Assembly: GCA_001823095.1 (NCBI GenBank)
Contig: MHTL01000014.1
Location: 1,881-65,880, forward strand
Direction: 5' to 3'
Source of the DNA: Candidatus Vogelbacteria bacterium RIFOXYD1_FULL_51_18
GTDB lineage: Bacteria > Patescibacteriota > Minisyncoccia > Phycocordibacterales > UBA9988
DNA: 64,000 nt
The position numbers were made by a program, and so were the translations under genes. The number at the start of each line of letters is the position of its first letter. The first letter of the stretch is position 1. This document shows positions 31,553 through 40,582 of the stretch, piece by piece. The notes beneath the pieces were generated by a model. That model made no database searches. It was not told the origin of the DNA and saw only the letters and a list, made by a program, of their open reading frames with translations.

Positions 31553-32554
31553 ATGAAGATACTTTACTGTTACAACGAGGACTGGGAGCGTGACTTTGTC
31601 ACCGAGCGGCTCACCGGCCATGAGCTTGTTTTTGTAAAAGGCACCTTGCAGGAGCAACACGAGCTCCCCGCGGATGCCGAGGCGCTCTCGCTGTTTGTAA
31701 ACTCCTCTGCCAGCGCGGAGCTTCTGGGGAAGCTCCCTGCGCTCAAGCTCATTGCGACGCGCTCGACTGGCTATGACCACATTGATACGAATTATGCGAA
31801 GGAGAAAGGGATAGCCGTTGCCTACGTGCCCACCTACGGCGAAAACACGGTTGCCGAGTTTGCCTTTGCTCTCCTTCTTTCACTCTCGCGCAAAATCTGC
31901 GATGCCTACGACCAGGTGCGCACAACAGGTTCCTTCTCACAGTTGGAGTTGCGCGGCTTTGACCTTAAGGGCAAGACCATCGGCATCGTGGGGACAGGGC
32001 ACATTGGCATGCACGCTATAGCGATGGCGCGCGGCTTTGACATGCGCATCCTTGCCTACGATGTGAAGGAAAATGCCGAAGCGGCAGGCAGACTTGGTTT
32101 CAGCTACCTTCCTTTTGAGGAGCTCCTCGCGCAGTCGGATATCCTCTCCCTGCACGCTCCCTACAACGAGCGCACGCATCACATGATTAATCGCGAAAGC
32201 ATTAAAAAAATGAAGCGTGGGAGCATCCTCATCAACACAGCCCGCGGCGGGCTTGTGGAGAGTGAGGCGCTTGTTGCGGCGCTCGAAGACGGCACGGTGG
32301 CAGGAGCGGGACTGGATGTGCTGGAGGGAGAGGGATTTATGGATAACGAAGTCGCCTTGCTTGCGAGCGAGGCGCCGCAGGTAGAGGACCTCAAACGCGC
32401 GCTAGCCAACCAGTACTTTATTGACCACCCGCGGGTCATCGTCACGCCGCACAATGCCTATAACACTCGCGAGGCCATTGAGCGCATCCTCGGTACCACC
32501 TGCGAGAATATCGTTTCCTTCGCACAAAGCAGACCCATACATCTCATACCCTAG
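31553..32554 (+). CDS. D-isomer-specific 2-hydroxyacid dehydrogenase (glycerate/hydroxypyruvate or D-lactate type)
   Basis: NAD-binding GIVGTGHIGMHAI...D and catalytic R/E/H arrangement of the D-2-HDH family. Confidence 0.85.
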   Translation: MKILYCYNEDWERDFVTERLTGHELVFVKGTLQEQHELPADAEALSLFVNSSASAELLGKLPALKLIATRSTGYDHIDTNYAKEKGIAVAYVPTYGENTVAEFAFALLLSLSRKICDAYDQVRTTGSFSQLELRGFDLKGKTIGIVGTGHIGMHAIAMARGFDMRILAYDVKENAEAAGRLGFSYLPFEELLAQSDILSLHAPYNERTHHMINRESIKKMKRGSILINTARGGLVESEALVAALEDGTVAGAGLDVLEGEGFMDNEVALLASEAPQVEDLKRALANQYFIDHPRVIVTPHNAYNTREAIERILGTTCENIVSFAQSRPIHLIP

Positions 32555-32584
32555 ACAATGAGACCGCGGAGAATATACGGGGTT

Positions 32585-33814
32585 TTATTTTGGCGCAAGT
32601 TCGCTTGCGGGAGAAATAGTCACGCGGACGCTCCGGGGAGCAATACTGGTGAGGGAAAAGTAAGGGGGCAAAGTCACGTTCTCGCTCCCGAGCGTATAAC
32701 GCTTAGTGCCTTCCTTGGACTCGGCAAGGTTAACAGATACCTTGATACTTGAGGGAGTGAGTCCCTGAAAATCGCGGTAATTGCCCGAGACAGTCACCGT
32801 TGCCTCGTGCACGTCGCTCTCTTTAATGGCAAACCCGCTAGGAATGGAGCGGAATTCAATCGGCGCCAGCACCTGCTTGGTAGTAACGCCTGTCTGGTAG
32901 ACGAGGCCGAACCACAAAAGCGTCGAAAGGAGCAGCGCCGAAAGTTTGAGCAAAAAATTGCGCACCACGAGGTCGCGCCAAGGACTTATGCCAACCTCAA
33001 TGTTCTCCTTCAAAAAATCTTCAATTATTTTTTCAAGCCGCTCGGGTTCCGTCACCGTGTTCAGCATGCCATCAGAGGCGTAGGAGATGCTTCCTTTTTC
33101 CTCCGAGACAACAATGGCAAGCGCGTCAGTTTTCTCGGTAATGCCGACGGCGGCGCGGTGCCGCGTGCCAAATCCGTCTAGCCGGTCAAAGCGCTCTGCA
33201 AGCGGGAGGTGCACGCCAAAACGGCGGATGCGGTGGTCGTTAATGATAATAGCGCCATCGTGCCCGGGCGAAGTGGGATCAAAAATGGAGAGGAGGAGGG
33301 GGACAGAAATTCTCCCGTCTAAGGGCACGCCACCCTCGGTCACATCTTCAAGCGGATAGTCGCCCTGAAAAACGATGATCGCTCCAAAGCGCCGCTGCGT
33401 CATCTCAAGTAGCGCGCGTGTGATGGCTACCGATGCGCTCTCCGAGACGTTTGCTTTGCGCTCGTAGGCGAGCCGACGCGAGGCAAAGGAGAACCACTCA
33501 AAAAAGCGGCGTATCTCCCGCTGGAAGACGATAACGATGATGACAACAATGAAGGTGAGTATGGGCTGGATAATTTGCCTCGTCAGTCCAAGGTTGAAGG
33601 TGCTGCCGAGGATGTTGACTCCCATGAGGAGCGCCATGGCGCTTACAATAAAGTAGGAGCGACTCTGCTTGATGAAGATGAGAATCAGATAGATGAGGAA
33701 GGCGGCGACGGCAACGTCAATAAAATCCTTCGTCTGGAGCGAATCAAAAAGGGCGGGGAGCCCTGCAATGAAGGTCATGAGTGTGCTGGTTGGCATAGCT
33801 TCTCTAGTATACAA
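32585..33814 (-). CDS. cdaA: diadenylate cyclase CdaA fused to a YbbR-repeat (CdaR-like) domain
   Basis: N-terminal TM helices, DAC domain (GAIIVF...DGAIIIN...HRAAVGITEKTDALAIVVSEE), a further TM helix, then YbbR-like repeats. Confidence 0.8.
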   Translation of the reverse strand: MYTREAMPTSTLMTFIAGLPALFDSLQTKDFIDVAVAAFLIYLILIFIKQSRSYFIVSAMALLMGVNILGSTFNLGLTRQIIQPILTFIVVIIVIVFQREIRRFFEWFSFASRRLAYERKANVSESASVAITRALLEMTQRRFGAIIVFQGDYPLEDVTEGGVPLDGRISVPLLLSIFDPTSPGHDGAIIINDHRIRRFGVHLPLAERFDRLDGFGTRHRAAVGITEKTDALAIVVSEEKGSISYASDGMLNTVTEPERLEKIIEDFLKENIEVGISPWRDLVVRNFLLKLSALLLSTLLWFGLVYQTGVTTKQVLAPIEFRSIPSGFAIKESDVHEATVTVSGNYRDFQGLTPSSIKVSVNLAESKEGTKRYTLGSENVTLPPYFSLTSIAPRSVRVTISPASELAPK

Positions 33815-33834
33815 AAAAGTGTTACAATAGCCCT

Positions 33835-35112
33835 GTGTTTAAGATAAGCGTTCTCTTTGCGCGCGAAATTCTTGATTCGCGCGGCAATCCAACGGTAGAA
33901 GTTGACTGCGTGCTGGAAGACGGCTCTGCCGGGCGCGCTGCGGCGCCTTCTGGCGTCTCTATAGGAAGTCATGAGGCTGTGGAACTGCGCGATAAGGATG
34001 GCCGCTACCTCGCTAAAGGTGTAACACATGCAGTTGATAATGTCAAATATCGCATTGCGCCGGCGCTTGGCGGGAAGGAATTAAGCCAGCGCGTTTTGGA
34101 TGAAGCGCTCATCGCGCTTGACGGCACGGCGGACAAAAGCGCGCTCGGCGCCAATGCCATCCTTGGCGTCTCGCTTGCATTTGCTAAGGCCACTGCCCTT
34201 GCGGAAAAGAAGCGCCTCGCAGACTACTTCCGCGCGCAGAGTACGTTTACACATCCGCTACGCATGCCCGTGCCCTTGATGAATGTTATCAACGGCGGCG
34301 CGCATGCGACGGGTTCCACTGACGTCCAGGAATGGATGGTAGCGCCCTACGGCGCGTCCTCGTTTAAGGAGGCCCTGCGCTCTGGGTCAGAAATTTTTCA
34401 TGCGCTCCAGATGATATTGGCGGAGCGAGGACTCTCTACGCTTGTGGGTGACGAGGGCGGCTTTGCGCCGGCGTTGAGAACAAGCGAAGAAGCTTTTGAA
34501 CTCCTGCTTGCCGCTTGCGCCAAGGCAGGATATAAACCCGGTGTTGACGTCGGCTTTGCGCTGGATGTTGCGGCAAGCGAACTCCTGCGAGATGGGAGTT
34601 ACCACTTTGAACGAGAGGGAAAAGTTTTCAGCGCTGACGAGCTCATTGCGCGTTACAAGGGTTGGTGCGACACGTATCCGCTCCTCTCTATTGAAGACGG
34701 CCTTGCCGAAGATGATTGGGGAGGGCACGCGCGCCTCACCGAGGCGCTCGGCACGCGCATCCAGCTGGTGGGCGATGATCTCTTCTGCACCAATGCCGCG
34801 CGCATTAGAGAGGGTGTGCAGAAAAAAGCGGCGAACGCCGTTTTAATTAAACTCAATCAGGTAGGCACAGTGAGCGAGACGCTAGATGCGGTGACTGCAG
34901 CCGAGGCGGCAGGCTACCGTAGCATTATCTCGCACCGATCGGGCGAGACGGAAGATACCTCCATTGCCGACCTTGCCGTGGCAACGGGCTGCGGAGAGAT
35001 TAAGGCGGGCGCACCCTCACGCGGCGAGCGAGTGGCAAAGTATAATCAACTCTTGCGGCTTGAAGAACTTTACGGAGATATCCCCTATGCGGGGAAGGGG
35101 GCATTTACTTAA
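33835..35112 (+). CDS. eno: enolase
   Basis: ILDSRGNPTVEVD N-terminus and the C-terminal SHRSGETEDT motif. Confidence 0.95.
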   Translation: MFKISVLFAREILDSRGNPTVEVDCVLEDGSAGRAAAPSGVSIGSHEAVELRDKDGRYLAKGVTHAVDNVKYRIAPALGGKELSQRVLDEALIALDGTADKSALGANAILGVSLAFAKATALAEKKRLADYFRAQSTFTHPLRMPVPLMNVINGGAHATGSTDVQEWMVAPYGASSFKEALRSGSEIFHALQMILAERGLSTLVGDEGGFAPALRTSEEAFELLLAACAKAGYKPGVDVGFALDVAASELLRDGSYHFEREGKVFSADELIARYKGWCDTYPLLSIEDGLAEDDWGGHARLTEALGTRIQLVGDDLFCTNAARIREGVQKKAANAVLIKLNQVGTVSETLDAVTAAEAAGYRSIISHRSGETEDTSIADLAVATGCGEIKAGAPSRGERVAKYNQLLRLEELYGDIPYAGKGAFT

Positions 35113-35115
35113 AAC

Positions 35116-35143
35116 AAAAAATCCCCTGAGTGGGGGATTTTTT
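35116..35143. terminator. bidirectional rho-independent terminator between convergent eno and the RRM gene
   Basis: aaaaaatcccc-tgagt-ggggatttttt: GC stem flanked by A-run and T-run. Confidence 0.8.
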
Positions 35144-35153
35144 GTTCGGTGAA

Positions 35154-35444
35154 CTAGAACGAGCGGGAGAATCCTTCCCGGCGGGGAGGACGCTCGGCCA
35201 TGGGGCGAGCCTCGTTTACCACGAGGGCGCGTCCATCCAGCTCTTTGCCGTTCCATACCTCTACTGCCTTCGTTGCTTCATCATCGTTGGGCATTTCGAC
35301 GAACCCGAATCCGCGTGAGCGGCCGGTCATCTTGTCCATGATGACGGAAGCAGAAGAAACGGCCCCGACCTGCTCGAAAGCGGCCTTGAGGCTGTCGTTG
35401 GTTGTGGTGTAGCTCAAGCTACCGATGTACAACTTCTTTGCCAT
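35154..35444 (-). CDS. RRM-domain RNA-binding protein
   Basis: RNP-2 LYIGSL and RNP-1 RGFGFVEM motifs. Confidence 0.85.
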   Translation of the reverse strand: MAKKLYIGSLSYTTTNDSLKAAFEQVGAVSSASVIMDKMTGRSRGFGFVEMPNDDEATKAVEVWNGKELDGRALVVNEARPMAERPPRREGFSRSF

Positions 35445-35639
35445 GTGAACTATATTTCTTAACTAACGCCGAGTAGACCGACACTTCTCGAGACCTAAGA
35501 AACTAGTTCACTCGAGAGCCTACTGACAAGGGGTAGTATACACCTATTGAAAAAAAAGTCAACCTGTTCGCCGAGGCGGGATAAAACAGCCCCCCGCACC
35601 TAGGTGTAGGGGGCCTTGAAAAGAAGAGGAGTGGACTAC

Positions 35640-36296
35640 TTAAGCCGAGTAGCTTAATTCAGTAACATGATGCCCCATAAGGGCCCACATCTCCGCAAAG
35701 ACCGAGATGGGTTTTTGCTTCCTCTCCTCGGGGGGCTCCGGATTGACCTCTACAAAGCGCGTCCTTTTGCGCAGATAGGGGATCATGGTCTCGCAGGCGA
35801 CGCGATATTCATCCCAGCGGCTCATCACCTCGTCAAAAACGGCGACTGCATTTTTCTTGCTTGAGAGATGCTTTTGGAGCCGCTTGGTAAGCAGGTCGTA
35901 GGTCCCTGCCATGTGGACGCACACGGGATACAGTATCTTATGCTCCTGTAGCATGGCAATCAGATTCTCTGCCTGCTCCAGCGTCCGTGGGTAGCCATTG
36001 ATGGCAGTGAGATATACGCCGCTCCCGATGCTCATGTTGATTTCTCCTGCCATTATGGCAGTCACTACTTCTTGGGGGACAGGGAGATGTTCTCCCAAAC
36101 ACTTCTCCACTAACGGGTCTGGACTCCAACGGAGCACGCTCTCCAGAGAGACGTGGCGGACGGTCCCCTTCACATCATCTCTGGTCATAACATCCGAAAG
36201 GTGCTTGACCATCTCGTCCTTCCCCACCAGGGGAGGTCCCACAAACAGCACGACAGAGGATTTTTTCGGCTTAAGTCGCTGTGTTCCCATTTCCAT
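35640..36296 (-). CDS. adenylate kinase-family NMP kinase (divergent P-loop GPPLVGKDE)
   Basis: P-loop at the N-terminus and an NMP-binding-like LTAINGYPRTLEQAENL (compare DGFPRT in Adk). Confidence 0.55.
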   Translation of the reverse strand: MEMGTQRLKPKKSSVVLFVGPPLVGKDEMVKHLSDVMTRDDVKGTVRHVSLESVLRWSPDPLVEKCLGEHLPVPQEVVTAIMAGEINMSIGSGVYLTAINGYPRTLEQAENLIAMLQEHKILYPVCVHMAGTYDLLTKRLQKHLSSKKNAVAVFDEVMSRWDEYRVACETMIPYLRKRTRFVEVNPEPPEERKQKPISVFAEMWALMGHHVTELSYSA

Positions 36297-36371
36297 TACA
36301 CTTCCTCCACATTAAAGATCATGGCTGTATTCAGCCTCCACTGTGCAGTATGGCACAAAAGAGAATGACAG

Positions 36372-36423
36372 TCAAAAAAAAGCTCGTCCGCATCCCGACA
36401 CAAATGTGTCGGGATGCGGACGA
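36372..36423 (-). terminator. rho-independent terminator for the minus-strand beta-helix gene (21-bp perfect stem followed by T8 on the minus strand)
   Basis: gctcgtccgcatcccgacaca-aa-tgtgtcgggatgcggacgagc, preceded on the plus strand by aaaaaaaa. Confidence 0.7.
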
Positions 36424-36447
36424 GCCCACTACTATCTACTCCCTAAG

Positions 36448-37386
36448 TTACTCTGGCTTGAACGCACCAGGATGCAGTCCGTGTCCGCGATTCTCGCCAA
36501 GGTTGCGCGAGATATCATTTTCATCATCTAAACTTGCAGGTGTAAGCACAATCTGAAGCGTGGTTCCGCGCAAGTCGTTAAAGCCGATACCGTTGTCGTG
36601 GATAACAGCAGGATGCGGGTCGCTGTCGTCCCGCGCTTCGGTCAGCTCAACGGCTACTATATCAACCGTATCCGGATCGTCGCTTATAAGCGCGATCTTA
36701 TTTTTGAGCACACGGTTGAACTCAATAGAAACAGCGCCAGCCGCGTCCCAGCGGAAGTCTGCGTAGAGCACGATGCCAGTGCCGTTGTAACCGCCGCAGT
36801 CACTGTCAGAGACGTCCAAAACACCGCTGATTTTGTTATGCGAGACCACGTTGTCGCTCACTGTGCCGCCCAAGTAGTCGCCTACGAGGATGCCGATGCC
36901 GCCGCCGCAGCGCGTGCGCAGGCCGGTGATCACGTTATGCGAGATCTCCCAGTCGTCGCCGCGCCAATTGGAGATGGCCTGTACCGTGTTTAAAAACACG
37001 CATTGGGTCACGGTCACCTCATGTGCCGCCTGGCCATTCATAATGGCGAGGTCAACGCCATCAAACGTCAAGTGACTGAAGGTACAGCCGTCACTGCCGG
37101 CGAGAAGCCGAAAGCCTTGAATGAGCCCGGAGCCGTGCACAGGACCGCTGTTAATCACAGCTTGCCCCTCGCCCCTGATCTCAACTCGCTTGTCAACAAG
37201 CGCGCCCGCGTGATTGCCTGAGCCGACCACAATGGTGTCGCCGTCCAGGACCGCCGCATCATCATTAATAGTATCTTGGATAGTGGCATAATCGCCTGGC
37301 ACTTCCCACATGGCCGCAGGGGCCGTGTAGGGGAGCACAAACACATTTGACATAAGCACTGCTAGCAACGTGAGAAAACTGCGCAT
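36448..37386 (-). CDS. secreted right-handed parallel beta-helix repeat protein
   Basis: Signal peptide MRSFLTLLAVLMSNVFVLP, then repetitive G/N/D/V-rich beta-helix-like repeats (NVITG..., NKISGV...). Confidence 0.6.
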   Translation of the reverse strand: MRSFLTLLAVLMSNVFVLPYTAPAAMWEVPGDYATIQDTINDDAAVLDGDTIVVGSGNHAGALVDKRVEIRGEGQAVINSGPVHGSGLIQGFRLLAGSDGCTFSHLTFDGVDLAIMNGQAAHEVTVTQCVFLNTVQAISNWRGDDWEISHNVITGLRTRCGGGIGILVGDYLGGTVSDNVVSHNKISGVLDVSDSDCGGYNGTGIVLYADFRWDAAGAVSIEFNRVLKNKIALISDDPDTVDIVAVELTEARDDSDPHPAVIHDNGIGFNDLRGTTLQIVLTPASLDDENDISRNLGENRGHGLHPGAFKPE

Positions 37387-37503
37387 CTTTTTATTACCTG
37401 CCTTTCTTTTTTTGGTACAGAGTAGAGAGTAGTCAAAGTGCAAAAACTGTCCTCGGATACTCTACCACGAGGAGGACATAAAGGTCAAGAAAAGTTTGCT
37501 TAA

Positions 37504-37980
37504 TTATTTGCGTGTGTAAGTGCCCATGAGCTCGCCGTAGGCGCGGATGTGCCCGCTCATGGCGGTAATGAGCTCATCTTTGCCTGCTCCTGCAGGGAGG
37601 GCAAGCTCGCTATCCAGCGCGTAGGCTTTGAAAAAGTAGCGATGCGTGCCGAAGGGTGGGCAGGGGCCATGGTACATCCGCGTGCCGTCTGAGCTCTCGC
37701 CCGAGACTCCCATGGGCTCCTCGCCCTCCCGAATGACGACGGTAGTCTCTGTGTGTGCGGGAATGTTCCACTTGAGCCAATGCACCCAGCCACCGGCCGC
37801 CGCCGCATCAGGGTCATTCACAATGAGCGCAAGTGTTATGGCTCCTGCGGGGATGTCGCTAATCTCAAGCGGTGGATGTTTGTCCGCCCCATCGCAGGTG
37901 AACTGCACGGGGATTGTCCCGCCTGCCCTGAAGGCGGAGCTCATGATCGTGAGCGCGGGATAGTTTATGTTTTCCGTCAT
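37504..37980 (-). CDS. YbhB/YbcL-family phosphatidylethanolamine-binding protein (PEBP)
   Basis: PPLEISDIPAGAITLALIVNDPDAAAAGGWVHW...HRYFFKAYALD is the bacterial PEBP signature. Confidence 0.8.
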   Translation of the reverse strand: MTENINYPALTIMSSAFRAGGTIPVQFTCDGADKHPPLEISDIPAGAITLALIVNDPDAAAAGGWVHWLKWNIPAHTETTVVIREGEEPMGVSGESSDGTRMYHGPCPPFGTHRYFFKAYALDSELALPAGAGKDELITAMSGHIRAYGELMGTYTRK

Positions 37981-37986
37981 AGCGGT

Positions 37987-38661
37987 CTAACTCAAATCTT
38001 TCTTCCTTTCCTCAAATTCTTTTTTATCAATCTCACCTTTAGCATACCGTTTCTGCAAAATTTCAAGCGCGGATTTTTCGTGATTGTGCGTGCCGCGCGA
38101 TTGATTCGTAAGCCATTTGATAAGCGCGACAATACCCGCGATTATCAATACCCACCAGAGGATCATAAAAATCCAGCCGAACGAGCCAAAAGGCCCAGAT
38201 CCAAAATTCATCATACTCCCTCCCCACATCATATTCATCATCGGCATCCAGCCGCCGCTTATGGCCGGAAATGATGCTGATGTATCGCAACCAGAAAGAC
38301 GTTTACCCATGACGATGTGAATCTGCTCTTCGCCGTCTTCGCCATGCGCCTGAATCATCATGGCGTTCATGGCGGCATGGGACTCTCCAGCCATTTGTCC
38401 CATAAAATACTCGCCGAGAACTCCAAACTGCTCATCGCTTAAATTCTCGCAAGCGATTTCTTTTGCTTGCAGTGTATCCCAAAGCCCTTTGCCTTCCTGT
38501 TCTTCACGGGCGGTATGTTCAACGACCTCGTTCCAATCAACTGTCGTATTGGAGAGATTACCCATCCCTTCAACACCGTTCAGGACAGGCATTTGAGCAT
38601 CTACCGAACCGTCAACAAGTATTGACCCAAAAATGAAAGCCGTGATTAAAAGTTTTTTCAT
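37987..38661 (-). CDS. secreted/membrane Met-rich protein with C-terminal SHOCT domain
   Basis: Signal peptide MKKLLITAFIFGSILV, a Met-rich segment GGWMPMMNMMWGGSMMNFG, a TM helix, and a C-terminal LEILQKRYAKGEIDKKEFEERKKDL SHOCT-like motif. Confidence 0.6.
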   Translation of the reverse strand: MKKLLITAFIFGSILVDGSVDAQMPVLNGVEGMGNLSNTTVDWNEVVEHTAREEQEGKGLWDTLQAKEIACENLSDEQFGVLGEYFMGQMAGESHAAMNAMMIQAHGEDGEEQIHIVMGKRLSGCDTSASFPAISGGWMPMMNMMWGGSMMNFGSGPFGSFGWIFMILWWVLIIAGIVALIKWLTNQSRGTHNHEKSALEILQKRYAKGEIDKKEFEERKKDLS

Positions 38662-38683
38662 ACAGTCGTATTTTAGCTTATTC

Positions 38684-39067
38684 TTATTGTTTAGAAAAGA
38701 CGAAATACGAAAGATACCCAAGGAGTCCGAGTTGAATCGTAGGCGTTAAGCCGACGGAGAGAATTGGGATTATGGGCATATACTCATTATACGCCCATCT
38801 TCCCGTGTTGAGAGCGTACAATTCAATACATATCGAAATCAAGACGCCAATCGGAATAATGAGCCAGCTTCTTTTTCTGAGACTGGCGACCAGTACAAAG
38901 GGTAGAGTCAATAGGATAATAATAATCGCATCAGCGATAGAAGCTCGCAACAGAATAGTCTCGGTTATCTCTCCGCCCATATAAACGATATAAAAATAGG
39001 AATGTAAATTTTCCCAAATTAGATTAAGAAAAAATGACAAAATAAAAATTAAAGATACTTTTTTCAT
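38684..39067 (-). CDS. hypothetical multi-TM membrane protein (very AT-rich gene)
   Basis: Four predicted hydrophobic helices; composition is markedly AT-richer than the backbone. Confidence 0.5.
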   Translation of the reverse strand: MKKVSLIFILSFFLNLIWENLHSYFYIVYMGGEITETILLRASIADAIIIILLTLPFVLVASLRKRSWLIIPIGVLISICIELYALNTGRWAYNEYMPIIPILSVGLTPTIQLGLLGYLSYFVFSKQ

Positions 39068-39201
39068 ACTGTTTATTTTTCCGCATGAGCGGTATGCTCC
39101 TTAAAACGTTTCCTAAGATCGGTGGTTGATCCAAAATAAAGTTGCGAATCTTTTTTACTTTTCAAAATACATGTGTAGTTCATAGAATTTGGTGTGGGGG
39201 T

Positions 39202-40104
39202 TTATTTTTGTTCCCAGGGACTATTCAAAGACTCTTCTCCAATCTTCCACACGCCCTTTTCCAAGAAAGCCTCGATGGTCTGGCGGGTGGCCTTGTTGAT
39301 AAGATTTGAGTGAGAAAATTTGTTGCTCTTTGCATAGTCGGAAAGCAGAACAATCTTTTTGCTCTCTAAATATGCCAAACGCTTGTGATAACTATTGGTA
39401 AGAGCCTTACCAATAATCTCTTCCATAATTTCGGTTGCCCCCTTTTCATCAAACTCCCTGAAAGCGTCGTAGTATTTCTTCTGGTCGATAAACTTGATGT
39501 TTATCGGCACAAAGCCTTCCCGTATGAGGAGATAGTTGTTGATGACGCGCCCAATGCGGCCATTCCCGTCCATGAATGGGTGGAGATATTCAAACGCCAG
39601 ATGAAGCCGCGCGATGCGCTTGATGATATTTTCATGACTTGTCGCATTGTATTCCGCAAACATCTTCTCAAGACTCCCGTTGATTTCTTTTGGAGCAGGA
39701 GCAATATAACTGCCGACACGAACATACTCGTCATCCTTGCGAAATCGTCCGGCAACTTCATCACGAATATTTGACAGGAGCATCTTGTGGAGTGACAAGA
39801 TAACCTCAAAGCCGAGCTCCTGCTCTTTAGCCCGCTTGTTTATGTACGACACGACTCGGGCAAGATTTTTTGCTTCGAATATTTCTCGTTCAGAAATATA
39901 CCGGTCCAGATCAATCTGGAGAAGTATCTTTTCCGTTTCCTCAAGAGAGAGAGTACTGTTCTCGATAGCGTTTGAGTTGTATACCTGATCTGCGATTTCC
40001 GCTTCGCTTATAAGCTTAATAAGCGCATCTTTTCCGATGGCCGCTTTGTAATACCTTTCCCTAAACAGATTGATTTTATTAAGTGCTCTAGCTGTTTTCG
40101 CCAT
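39202..40104 (-). CDS. Fic/DOC-family protein (putative AMPylase)
   Basis: Canonical Fic motif HPFMDGNGRIGR. Confidence 0.9.
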   Translation of the reverse strand: MAKTARALNKINLFRERYYKAAIGKDALIKLISEAEIADQVYNSNAIENSTLSLEETEKILLQIDLDRYISEREIFEAKNLARVVSYINKRAKEQELGFEVILSLHKMLLSNIRDEVAGRFRKDDEYVRVGSYIAPAPKEINGSLEKMFAEYNATSHENIIKRIARLHLAFEYLHPFMDGNGRIGRVINNYLLIREGFVPINIKFIDQKKYYDAFREFDEKGATEIMEEIIGKALTNSYHKRLAYLESKKIVLLSDYAKSNKFSHSNLINKATRQTIEAFLEKGVWKIGEESLNSPWEQK

Positions 40105-40121
40105 ACGGATTAAGTATAGTC

Positions 40122-40157
40122 TTTTTCACGACTTTGTCAACTCTAATCGTGAAAAAC
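40122..40157. repeat. split variant of the TCACGA/TCGTGA hairpin: tttttcacga-[16 nt]-tcgtgaaaaa, 18 nt upstream of the Fic start
   Basis: 10-nt perfect inverted arms containing the TCACGA half-sites, separated by ctttgtcaactctaa; a further TTTCACGATTTTG half-site lies at about 40177. Confidence 0.5.
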
Positions 40158-40582
40158 TCTCTTTTTTCTTATACTTTCACGATTTTGGACATATAGCCCC
40201 TCTGCCTTTCAGCAGTATAACAAAAAGTGTCTCATATTGGCTCCGGAGTTAAAACCTTCACAAACCCCGAAGGAAAAACAAGTTCCCTACGAGGCATGCT
40301 TTTGAAATTATTCTGCCAAATCTGATACACAAATCCAAAAAGCAAAATCTGAAGTGATGCGCCCCGCCACTATTTTTCTGGGACAAAGGAGGCGGGGCTG
40401 GGCGACCTGTCCGCCGTAGCTTTAGCAAAGGCGGAGCGAACCCTCTCGTCTTCAAAATCCGAGTTCGTATCTAGTTTATTGGCTCCCACTACTGAACGAG
40501 TTTAGAACAATAGATTGGAAGGGTATAAAGCAAGAACTTGAGCTTAGCGGTATTATGACGCTACTGGGCCAGAGAGGTTTTG

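Noticed and set aside
35445-35639. Possible riboswitch or leader in the 195-nt region upstream of the RRM gene
   Set aside because: It contains a hairpin with a CACCTAGGTG core that is adequately explained as the terminator of the upstream adk-like gene. No riboswitch consensus recognised.
40380-40470. tmRNA or tRNA-like 3' end (GAGTTCGTATC) in the Fic-Panacea gap
   Set aside because: I could not fold an acceptor/T-arm with CCA or find a tag-peptide reading frame, so the resemblance to a T-loop is superficial.
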